From positions 1 to 52,115 of the forward strand of contig CALJUK010000225.1 of assembly GCA_937975745.1 (NCBI GenBank): a DNA stretch of 52,115 nt, in the 5' to 3' direction. Origin of the DNA: an uncultured Planctomycetaceae bacterium. Lineage in GTDB: Bacteria > Planctomycetota > Planctomycetia > Planctomycetales > Planctomycetaceae. The notes below the pieces were generated by a model. That model did not search any database. It was given only the letters and a program-made list of their open reading frames with translations, and was not told where the DNA came from. Below are positions 7,737 through 15,492 of this stretch, in pieces; the stretch's first letter is position 1; each line of letters starts with the position of its first letter. Position numbers and translations under genes: made by a program.

Positions 7737-8828
7737 ATGACAATCCGAGACAAATTCACCACCGTGCGAGACGAGATCAACACGTCTCTCATTGAACGCG
7801 AACCCGAAGTTGACGCAGCACTCGTTGCCATGCTGACCGGCGAACACTGCCTGTTCGTTGGCGACCCTGGCACAGCAAAGTCACTTCTCTCCGACACGCT
7901 CGTTCGCTGGATTAACGGCACCAGCTTTTCCTGTCAGCTCAACAAGTTCACGCAACCCGACGAACTGTTCGGACCCACCAGCGTGAACGGCCTTAAGGCT
8001 GACGAGTTCCGACGTATCACCGATGGCATGCTGCCCGAAGCTGACGTCGCCTACATCGACGAAATCTTCAAGGCATCTTCAGCCATTCTCAACACGATGC
8101 TTCAGGTGCTGAACGAGCGAAAGTTCAAGAACGGGAAAACCACACTCGACTGCCCCCTGAAACTGGCAATCGCAAGCTCCAACGAGTGGGCAACCGGCAA
8201 GGAGCTTGGTGCCCTCTTCGACCGCTTCCTGATTCGACGCGAGGTTAAGCCTGTCAGCACCCCTGATGGGATCAAGCGACTTGCATTCGATCACAACCTC
8301 GTCCCCGCCCTGAGTGACTCGCTGACTACGGTGGAACTTGAAGCCGCACAGGCCGAGGTTGCTTCTGTCACCTGGAAAGACACCGCCCAAGACGCCTTTC
8401 TGCAAATCTCACGACAGCTCACGACTGAGGGGATCAGGATCGGCGACCGACGACTTCGGAAGGCTGCCAACATCTGCCGTGCAACCGCTTGGATGGATGG
8501 AGAGGCTGAGGTCACAACCGAGCACTTCGGGATTCTCTCTGATGTCCTTTGGGGATCACCAGAAGACAGCAACACGAGCCGGCAAGTGATCGTCGATATC
8601 GCCAAGCCATCTTCGATGGTGTTCGCCACATCCCTGGCCCAAGCCAATGAGATCATGGGACAGATCGACGCAAGCGATGTGAAGTCCCTCGCCACTGCTG
8701 GTGGTAAACTCGATGCCCTGATTAAGGACGCGGCCAGCAAGCCCAACAGCGATAAGCTGGTCGGAAAACTCAAATCAATGGTTGCTCAACTTCAGGCTGA
8801 TGTCCTGAAGGCAACCGTCAACGTATAG
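7737..8828 (+). CDS. MoxR-family AAA+ ATPase (RavA-like)
   Basis: Walker A LFVGDPGTAKSL and Walker B VAYIDEIFKAS. The N-terminal layout (REPEVDAALVAMLTGEHCLFVG) resembles RavA. Confidence 0.8.
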   Translation: MTIRDKFTTVRDEINTSLIEREPEVDAALVAMLTGEHCLFVGDPGTAKSLLSDTLVRWINGTSFSCQLNKFTQPDELFGPTSVNGLKADEFRRITDGMLPEADVAYIDEIFKASSAILNTMLQVLNERKFKNGKTTLDCPLKLAIASSNEWATGKELGALFDRFLIRREVKPVSTPDGIKRLAFDHNLVPALSDSLTTVELEAAQAEVASVTWKDTAQDAFLQISRQLTTEGIRIGDRRLRKAANICRATAWMDGEAEVTTEHFGILSDVLWGSPEDSNTSRQVIVDIAKPSSMVFATSLAQANEIMGQIDASDVKSLATAGGKLDALIKDAASKPNSDKLVGKLKSMVAQLQADVLKATVNV

Positions 8829-8846
8829 AAGCCTGTTGTTGTGGTG

Positions 8847-8896
8847 GCGACTGGCGGGTGATGAGCATGACTCTCATCCCCGTCAGTCGCTTTTTT
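8847..8896 (+). terminator. strong rho-independent terminator
   Basis: 12-bp stem GCGACTGGCGGG (8847-8858) pairing with CCCGTCAGTCGC (8879-8890), one G-T pair, inner helix GATGAG/CTCATC, then T6 (8891-8896). Confidence 0.85.
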
Positions 8897-8921
8897 CACG
8901 CGCCAACCCAAGGAACTCACC

Positions 8922-10352
8922 ATGACAGACAAACCGGACACGCCATCCACCGATGAGTTGATGGCCCTCGGCAACCAACTTCAGTCGGCGATTGAATCCA
9001 ACCTTCAAGAGACTCCAGTTGATCTGGACATCACTCAGGATGCGGACACACCTGATGAGGAAGAACAGCCCCTGTCCAAGACCGCTCTTGAACTCGATGA
9101 CTGGTCAATGGCACGTGGGCGGTCCTGGCTCCACTCAGAGCACTGCCCACCATCACTGAAGGATGTTGCGGAACCAAGCACTCCGGCCACCTTCGCGGCC
9201 GACATGCTTGCTATGGCATTCGAGATGTCTCCGCAATTCGCTAAGAACCCTGAGAACTCACGCCTGTCCCACTTCCTCAAGACCCTCTCCAACACGCCAG
9301 CTTACAGGGCTATCCATGAACAGACGCAGTTGAAGCCGATCCCCAGCGAAATGGCCGCGTCATCGTTCGCCACTGAGTTCATCGCCCTCGCTAAACAAAC
9401 ATGCCCCAAGGATCAGCTTGAGCAGGACGCTCAAGCACTGTCGGCCGCTAACAAGGCACTCGACGCCGCCGGCAAGGATGTCGAGAACTACTCCAATTCC
9501 TGTCAGAGCTTGGGTGGTGACGGAAGCGATCGCTCGATGGGCATGTCGCCTGAGAAGGTTCGCGAGCTGTTCACAAGGATTCGCGAGAACAGTCAGCTTC
9601 GCAGGATCATGGAACTTGCTGGGCGATACCAACGCCTCGCTCGATCAATTCAAAACACCAAGCCAACTCACGGCCAAGATGAGGTTGTTGGAATTGAACT
9701 TGGAAACGACATCTCACGGATGCTTCCAGTTGAGCTTTCCAAGCTGTCCGACCCTTCGCTTGAAGACTCGTTCTATCAACGGTTCGCTGATGGACGGCTC
9801 TTTCAGTACGAACTCAGAGCGACTGCCAATGATGCTCGTGGACCGGTCGTTGTCGTTGTTGACGAATCCGGTTCCATGACCGGAGACCCTGTCGCCAACG
9901 CCAAAGCCTTCGCTCTCGCTATGGCCTGGATTGCTCGACACCAGAAACGATGGATTTGTCTCGTTGGGTTTGCCGGTGGAACCGAGGGAAACTACTTCGT
10001 TCAGCAGCCGGGAGAGTCCAATGTTGAAGGACTTATCAACTGGCTGGCGCACTTCTATAGCGGCGGAACATCCTGTGATGTCCCTCTCGTTGAGCTGCCG
10101 ACCAAATGGGGTGAGCTTGGATGCCCCAAGGGTCGCACCGACATCATCATGGTCACTGATGGCATCGTGAATGTGCCAGACGGCATCCGTGACGACTTCA
10201 ACAAGTGGCGTGCAGACACCGAGGCCAAGACCAATCTGATTGTGATTGGCCAATCGACACCCGGCGACATGAACAAGATCGCCGACAACGTCTACCTGCC
10301 TCAGCACTTCGGGCTTGAAGCCGAGGGAGTTGCCGAGTCACTCGCCGTCTAA
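8922..10352 (+). CDS. von Willebrand factor A domain protein (ViaA/CobT-like partner of the MoxR ATPase)
   Basis: C-terminal VWA domain with MIDAS VVVVVDESGSMTG. Acidic N-terminal stretch DADTPDEEEQ. Confidence 0.8.
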   Translation: MTDKPDTPSTDELMALGNQLQSAIESNLQETPVDLDITQDADTPDEEEQPLSKTALELDDWSMARGRSWLHSEHCPPSLKDVAEPSTPATFAADMLAMAFEMSPQFAKNPENSRLSHFLKTLSNTPAYRAIHEQTQLKPIPSEMAASSFATEFIALAKQTCPKDQLEQDAQALSAANKALDAAGKDVENYSNSCQSLGGDGSDRSMGMSPEKVRELFTRIRENSQLRRIMELAGRYQRLARSIQNTKPTHGQDEVVGIELGNDISRMLPVELSKLSDPSLEDSFYQRFADGRLFQYELRATANDARGPVVVVVDESGSMTGDPVANAKAFALAMAWIARHQKRWICLVGFAGGTEGNYFVQQPGESNVEGLINWLAHFYSGGTSCDVPLVELPTKWGELGCPKGRTDIIMVTDGIVNVPDGIRDDFNKWRADTEAKTNLIVIGQSTPGDMNKIADNVYLPQHFGLEAEGVAESLAV

Positions 10353-10403
10353 GCCTGATGAGTCCGTAGGGACGAAACGCGGTCACTCGGCCGCGTCGCT
10401 TAG
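10349..10403 (+). ncRNA. type I hammerhead self-cleaving ribozyme
   Basis: CTAAGC-CTGATGA-GTCC(GTAG)GGAC-GAAA-CGCGG(TCACTCGG)CCGCG-TC^GCTTAG. Full catalytic core and three helices. Predicted cleavage is after C10397. Confidence 0.85.
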
Positions 10404-10427
10404 CACCACAACACTACGAGGTAACCC

Positions 10428-10760
10428 ATGCCGAAAAAACCAAACTCCCCAACGATTCCCCGCTACACAGACGGGGTCCCTGTCACTATCCCGCCTCGTG
10501 AGGCTGAATGCTTCCGATACTGCGGGGATGGGCTGACGACTTGGGAAATGGCTCGAATCATGAATGTCAAGGAGAAGACCATCGCGTCATTCAAGGCTCG
10601 CCTTAAGGATAGGCTAGACCTCGAATCCACAGCAAAAATGATCCACTACGCAACCTTGTATTTTCACCTGGAATGTGACAATGCCCAACGTTCTCTACGG
10701 AAGATTATCGAAACTGCCTCGCCGAACACTTCAGTCCCACGCTCGGAGCAATCAACTTGA
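10428..10760 (+). CDS. LuxR/GerE-type HTH transcription regulator
   Basis: PPREAECFRYCGDGLTTWEMARIMNVKEKTIASFKARLKDRL. Confidence 0.7.
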   Translation: MPKKPNSPTIPRYTDGVPVTIPPREAECFRYCGDGLTTWEMARIMNVKEKTIASFKARLKDRLDLESTAKMIHYATLYFHLECDNAQRSLRKIIETASPNTSVPRSEQST

Positions 10761-10901
10761 GCGTGATGACTCCGGAAAAGCCCTCTACATGCACACCCGA
10801 AAGTGCATGAGGGAACACAACGGCGCATGCCGGTTTTCCTGCAATGAACCCAAGGGTGGTTTCGTAGCTAGCGACATCAACGATGTGGAGGCCGACAAAC
10901 A

Positions 10902-11048
10902 ATGAGGTACAAGATCGAAGAACGAAGCTGGGACGGAGAAACCTACCTAGTCGTCGTCGACACGGAACGTGAGAACGAAAGCGATCCCTACATTCTTTGT
11001 CAGCAGCCGCTTGAATTCTACGCCTACCCGGAGGGGGGCATTTATTGA
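10902..11048 (+). CDS. small hypothetical protein (48 aa, below the ORF-track cutoff)
   Basis: Hand translation: MRYKIEERSWDGETYLVVVDTERENESDPYILCQQPLEFYAYPEGGIY. The ATG overlaps the stop of ORF 10675..10905 (ATGA). Confidence 0.25.
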   Translation: MRYKIEERSWDGETYLVVVDTERENESDPYILCQQPLEFYAYPEGGIY

Positions 11049-11104
11049 ATCGTCCATTGACGATAGTGAGTGTCGGAGAAACTTCGAACAGATTATTGAA
11101 GCTC

Positions 11105-12004
11105 TTAACAATCACCCCTGTGAGTAATCCAGATTTCTGACGTCTTGCCGCCAGACTCGTTCGAACCCTGGTTCCGGGTCTGGCGATCTTCAATCGCCCA
11201 TTTGTCTCCGCTGTAGAGTTCCCGAATAAACTCACAGTCGTCGTAGCGAATCAGGATGCGAGTCTTATCGAAGCGAGACAACCCACCATGGAGATCGCGG
11301 TGGTCCTTCTCCATAAACGGATGAAGGTAGTTCCGCCCCGCCTTGTACCAAGGCGCGTCCACGTAGAGGCCGCAGTCTTCCCGGTCCTTGACATCGGCAA
11401 GCACCTCTCGGAAATCGCGGGACTCCCACTCACACCGCTTCATGATCTCGGCCCAGGCGTGTAAATCGTACGCTGCCGCCACAATCCTCGAAGCGTTCCC
11501 GCCTCCGCCTCCTGTACGGCGAACCGAAACCTCCCCGCCGACATGCTTGGTCCCACCCTTGCCCTTACGCCCCAGCCAGCACAGAGCCCAGTACGCCCAC
11601 GCGCGTTTAATCGGCGAGACGTACAAACCACCTGCGACATCCTTGATTGTGTTCTCTGCCTCGTTGATCTCGCCTGGATGACTCAGGGTGTGCTTGCACC
11701 TCGCAATCAGTGTGAGTGATTCTTCCCCCTCGCTACAGAGGACTCGGTAGAAGTTGATCGCATCTGCGTGGATATCATTGGCCACGATCACGCGGGCCGA
11801 GAGGTATTTCGCCACAGCACCGCCACCAAAGAAGGGAATCGTCACGTGAGTGCAGCCGTCGAAGCGACTGGCAATCTCCTCTGACACTTCGCTGTCACTC
11901 CCAAACCAGGAGAGGACGCTGTCCGTCTTGGTCTTCGTGTCATGTGCCTCAGCGAACCGCGATGGCTCGTCCTCAAACAAACCCTTTTGTGATGCACTCA
12001 TCAA
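11105..12004 (-). CDS. D12-class (Dam-like) N6-adenine DNA methyltransferase
   Basis: SWFGSDSE, IPFFGGGAV (motif I), ANDIHADAINFYRVL and YVDAPWY (DPPY-like motif IV). Confidence 0.7.
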   Translation of the reverse strand: MMSASQKGLFEDEPSRFAEAHDTKTKTDSVLSWFGSDSEVSEEIASRFDGCTHVTIPFFGGGAVAKYLSARVIVANDIHADAINFYRVLCSEGEESLTLIARCKHTLSHPGEINEAENTIKDVAGGLYVSPIKRAWAYWALCWLGRKGKGGTKHVGGEVSVRRTGGGGGNASRIVAAAYDLHAWAEIMKRCEWESRDFREVLADVKDREDCGLYVDAPWYKAGRNYLHPFMEKDHRDLHGGLSRFDKTRILIRYDDCEFIRELYSGDKWAIEDRQTRNQGSNESGGKTSEIWITHRGDC

Positions 12005-12386
12005 CTTCTTCCTCGGTCACAAACTGCAACGCACGTTCGTCGCGCAAACGCAACACCCTCTCCCTGTCGTACCGATCAGGGGCCTTCACCTTGATCAATG
12101 CGAGCTGTCGCGCAAGGGGCCACTCCCCTTTTTCGTTCAGCGGTCCGCTGTTGCAGTGCCAGCATGCGACGATGAGGCAACACGGTTCTCCGAGCACCTT
12201 CACGCGAAGAGGACCGTTGAGGATTTCGTGGCACGCGAGGAGATTCATATCGCTTGGCCGATGCTTTGGCCGAAAGGGGCTAGTACCGCAAAGCTCACAC
12301 TTCCCAACTTCAGCGATCAGAGCCTCACGAATCGGCTTCGCGGCCGCATTGTGACGTGCTCTCTTTCTCGAGAACCTCCTCATCAC
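11973..12386 (-). CDS. HNH-type (His-Me finger) nuclease-like protein
   Basis: CELCG...ACHEILNG...CWHCNSGPL. Overlaps the methylase start by 32 nt. Confidence 0.5.
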   Translation of the reverse strand: MMRRFSRKRARHNAAAKPIREALIAEVGKCELCGTSPFRPKHRPSDMNLLACHEILNGPLRVKVLGEPCCLIVACWHCNSGPLNEKGEWPLARQLALIKVKAPDRYDRERVLRLRDERALQFVTEEEVDECITKGFV

Positions 12387-12540
12387 TCCACCCGAATCCC
12401 TTCACCTTGGCTGGGCGACGCAAACGGTTAAGTCGCTCGCCCTCACACGACGAAAGATGGTCGACCGTTGCGGCGGGATATGGGGCTTCCGCGCCGCAAT
12501 ACCAGCAAGACACCACCCTCTCAGAATGGGACGTCTTCAT
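12325..12540 (-). CDS. small Cys-rich hypothetical protein
   Basis: 71 aa with CWYCG...VDHL. Overlaps the next ORF by 62 nt in another frame. Confidence 0.3.
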   Translation of the reverse strand: MKTSHSERVVSCWYCGAEAPYPAATVDHLSSCEGERLNRLRRPAKVKGFGWSDEEVLEKESTSQCGREADS

Positions 12541-12784
12541 TGTCTGTGTCGCGCGATTGAGTTCGCCCTGAGCCGCCGCCTTGTGGGGCGTTCTTCTCCT
12601 GGAAAGAGAAGCTCATGAACTTTGAGCCGTCTTTCTTGCTGGTCTTTACCCAGGAACTCATCCAGAACTCACATTCGACCCCATCAATCGTGATGGTGCA
12701 ATTGCCTTTATAGTCCGGATGGTTCGGTTGGCTCTTTCGGTCATTCTTAAACAACACTCCGCTGTTCGGGTACTTTTCTGCCAT
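12521..12784 (-). CDS. small SSB-like protein with a Gly-rich linker and acidic DVPF tip
   Basis: 87 aa ending PQGGGSGRTQSRDTDNEDVPF. Lies in the recombination/replication block. Confidence 0.45.
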   Translation of the reverse strand: MAEKYPNSGVLFKNDRKSQPNHPDYKGNCTITIDGVECEFWMSSWVKTSKKDGSKFMSFSFQEKNAPQGGGSGRTQSRDTDNEDVPF

Positions 12785-13116
12785 CAGGCTGTTCCTTTCG
12801 CTTCAAGGTCATCTAAACGGTTTTCCGCATTGTCCATGCGAATCTTCATCTCAGAGTAGAGAGCCGATGCTTTCTCAATCCTGGCCGTTGTCGTCTCAAC
12901 ATCGGCAAGGACTTTTGCCAATTTGGCCTCTACCCGATTGATGTTTCTCAAGTGGGCTCGCAATGACTGCTCGGTCGAGTCCACCCGCATCGCCAAGTAC
13001 GCCACCGTGAGGTTCTTGTTGGCCTCAAGCAGCTTCTTCACGTCTGCGACAGACGCCGCAATATCCTTTGCGATCTGATCTCCGCCGTCCGGCTGCGATC
13101 CTGTCTTACCCTCCAT
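12784..13116 (-). CDS. hypothetical coiled-coil protein
   Basis: 110-aa heptad-like helical sequence, with start/stop coupling on both sides. Confidence 0.55.
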   Translation of the reverse strand: MEGKTGSQPDGGDQIAKDIAASVADVKKLLEANKNLTVAYLAMRVDSTEQSLRAHLRNINRVEAKLAKVLADVETTTARIEKASALYSEMKIRMDNAENRLDDLEAKGTA

Positions 13117-14698
13117 TGGTCACCTGATCCCGCACCTCGACAGAATACACGTACCGATGCCAGTCCATGTTGTTCTTCGGCTGATTCAGTAACGTCCTGG
13201 GGGGCCAGTAACCGTGCTCCTTCGCAAAAAACGCCTCCATCTGAACCCACGTCTTATCCAGCTTCTTGTTCTTGAACCCAAAGTACATCCTGTTCCATTG
13301 GGCCTGTGTGTCGTGTCGGTTCTGCGTCCGCGCGACTGGGTGAAGACGCTCCTCGCACTCCTTGAGTGTCCCGTCCTCCATGATGATGTGTCGCGTGCCC
13401 TTCGGGGACTCGTAGCCGCAAAACATGCATGTGCGGCCGTGCGTGCGTTCGGTGAGGCAGTTCGGGCACCGGATAGGCTCCGTCGTCTCCTTGTGCTTGA
13501 TCCTGTACTCGTGGAACTTCGACGCCTGGGCTTGCGTCATCTGCCAGAGTACCTCCCACGGCCGCTCATTGTTGGGGGACCCATGGCGCCAAAAGTTTCC
13601 GCCGTGATCCTGGATCGTGCATTTGTCCTTTCCCGGAGAAGATCGCATGCCACGGCCGCACACCTGCAAATAGGACCCAAGTGATCCAATCGGCGTTGCC
13701 ATAATGAGGTGCTCTACCGCTGGGAGATCGACGCCCTCTCGAAGCTTGAAGCGAGACGACAGGCCCTTGATCGTTCCGTCAAGAAGCTTCCCCTGGATGT
13801 CTTCCCAGAGTGATCTCTCGAGCTTGTGAGCCTTGCCATCAATCCAAGCATCCGTAGCGTCGATGTGAGCCCAAGGTATGCCGTTGTTGTAGAACTGCTG
13901 AGTAAGCCAAACACTCTCGGCCTTTCCTGGAGCGTAGAGCAGTGCCGGTTTGGCGTCCGGGTTGAACTTCTTCCAGTTGTTGATGACGGACCCAACGATA
14001 TGTTGCACGTACTGCTGACGTGTCTTGTCGTCGAGAACAAACTCCCCAGTCGATCCCCGCTTCACCTTTCGCAGATCGGGTTGCTGAATCCCCTTCGTGA
14101 TGGCGAGGGACAGAAGGCCGCACTCCCTGTATTGCGCGAGCGTCCCACCTGAGACTAGATGGAGATTGGGAACCATCTTCGATAGGCCGATAGGGGTGGC
14201 CGACATCAGCATCACCTTCGCACCTCGACTTATATGGTCGTCGAGGATCGTTTGCATCGTCTCACCCTTCTGGATGTGTGCTTCATCAACAATAACAATG
14301 TCTGAGTGATGTGCCGGCCATCGAGGGTCATCCGAATACACCCTCGCCCGCTCTGTGTCGGCTGAGCAAATCTGAATCGCCCGGTCCGGGTAAAACTTGT
14401 CCTCGTAGTTGGCAGCCCGGACACCGTGGTCTAACCCACCAGCCTCAAACCGATTGCTTGTCTGTTCGATGAGAATCTTGCGGTTCACATAGAAGCACGC
14501 TGAGAGACCTGACGCCTCGCACCACTCAAATATTGACTTGGCGACCTGCGTCTTGCCGGAGCCAGTTGGCTGCTGAAGAACGACATTCCGTCCGTTCTGA
14601 AGATGTGAACATAGCTCCCAGTATGCATTTTCCTGGGGCTCTAGGAGACCCTTGGGAGGAGTAACTGCCGGCATTGAAAACAAGGAAGCTTGACTCAT
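13106..14698 (-). CDS. SF2 DEAH-box helicase (ResIII/Helicase_C type) with a C-terminal zinc ribbon
   Basis: Walker A QQPTGSGKT, DEAH box VIVDEAHI, and CPNC...CMFCG. Confidence 0.8.
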   Translation of the reverse strand: MSQASLFSMPAVTPPKGLLEPQENAYWELCSHLQNGRNVVLQQPTGSGKTQVAKSIFEWCEASGLSACFYVNRKILIEQTSNRFEAGGLDHGVRAANYEDKFYPDRAIQICSADTERARVYSDDPRWPAHHSDIVIVDEAHIQKGETMQTILDDHISRGAKVMLMSATPIGLSKMVPNLHLVSGGTLAQYRECGLLSLAITKGIQQPDLRKVKRGSTGEFVLDDKTRQQYVQHIVGSVINNWKKFNPDAKPALLYAPGKAESVWLTQQFYNNGIPWAHIDATDAWIDGKAHKLERSLWEDIQGKLLDGTIKGLSSRFKLREGVDLPAVEHLIMATPIGSLGSYLQVCGRGMRSSPGKDKCTIQDHGGNFWRHGSPNNERPWEVLWQMTQAQASKFHEYRIKHKETTEPIRCPNCLTERTHGRTCMFCGYESPKGTRHIIMEDGTLKECEERLHPVARTQNRHDTQAQWNRMYFGFKNKKLDKTWVQMEAFFAKEHGYWPPRTLLNQPKNNMDWHRYVYSVEVRDQVTNGG

Positions 14699-15486
14699 CC
14701 CTCTTCATCCATCTCTTGGAGTACTTGGGATAACTGCCGCAATGCTGCTTTTGTTCGAGATTCCCAATCGCTACCGTCGCCGCCTCTACGCTTGAAGTAT
14801 TTATCAAGCTCCCGCGAAACCTGGGCCGCGCCTCTCTCCAGTTTGCGCAACTCACCCACGTGCGGAGACGTTTTCTTTCCTCGTATCGCTCGCTTCTTCT
14901 TGGGGTGTCGCGTCTGAAGATCGCGCTCCTTCTTTTCGGCGTGCTTTCGGTACTCTCCCGTTCCGAAATGCTTCTTAACCGGCAGGATCGACTTGACCTC
15001 GTCACATTCCGCCAACAGTCGCTGCTGTTCTTCGTGTGACAGGGATGCAATCTTTTCTACGAAGTCCCACCGAAGATGGTCCCAGCACTTTTTGTGCTTG
15101 ATGTGATGCTGCCACGCCTTGAGGAGTCCGTCCGGGAATTTTGACCCTGGAAGCTCACCCCTCTGCTTCCTGATAAACCTCGCCGCGATCTCATAGTCGT
15201 GGTCCGGCATATCCCTCCGCATTAGTTGATCCGCGATCTTCCATGACTTCGCGTGCTCCAGGGACATGAACTCCAGCCGGATCGCTCGCCACTTAAGCTG
15301 ATGCTTTGAAATGATCCTGTAGCGGCGGTAACCGTCCACAAGAACATTCGCCGAGTCCCAGATTACGAGCGGCATCAGCGGAGTGCCGGACTCGCAAACA
15401 CTCCGCTCAAGCCACCTATCAGCCTCGTCGGTCGTCGGGCCAAATAACCCACGAAGCTCCTGTTCGAGAATGACTTCCGATGCCAT
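14695..15486 (-). CDS. ParB N-terminal-like (ParB/Srx fold) domain protein
   Basis: LVIWDSANVLVDGYRRYRII, a DGxxR-type motif. Basic C-terminal half. Confidence 0.6.
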   Translation of the reverse strand: MASEVILEQELRGLFGPTTDEADRWLERSVCESGTPLMPLVIWDSANVLVDGYRRYRIISKHQLKWRAIRLEFMSLEHAKSWKIADQLMRRDMPDHDYEIAARFIRKQRGELPGSKFPDGLLKAWQHHIKHKKCWDHLRWDFVEKIASLSHEEQQRLLAECDEVKSILPVKKHFGTGEYRKHAEKKERDLQTRHPKKKRAIRGKKTSPHVGELRKLERGAAQVSRELDKYFKRRGGDGSDWESRTKAALRQLSQVLQEMDEEG

Positions 15487-15492
15487 CTGTTC

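Noticed and set aside
10675-10905. 76-aa ORF overlapping the 3' end of the LuxR-type gene.
   Set aside because: The first half is out of frame inside a well-supported gene. Only a 38-aa piece from ATG10789 could be real, and I have no supporting signal beyond its ATGA coupling to the 48-aa ORF.
11061-11070. Orphan half-motif CGATAGTGAG in the convergent gap between the two transcription blocks; similar orphans at 44676-44683 and 48123-48130 on the minus strand.
   Set aside because: The CTGGAG block is missing at the required 7-nt distance. At 11061 no gene lies downstream, and 48123 is inside coding sequence. They are mentioned only as possible weak or vestigial sites.
12325-12386. A possible frameshift fusing ORF 12325..12540 (CWYCG...VDHL) with ORF 11973..12386 (CELCG...CHEI...CWHCN) into one HNH protein.
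   Set aside because: The downstream ORF already contains a complete CxxC...H...N...CxxC set on its own, and I see no slippery sequence in the overlap. They are kept as two ORFs, with low confidence for the small one.
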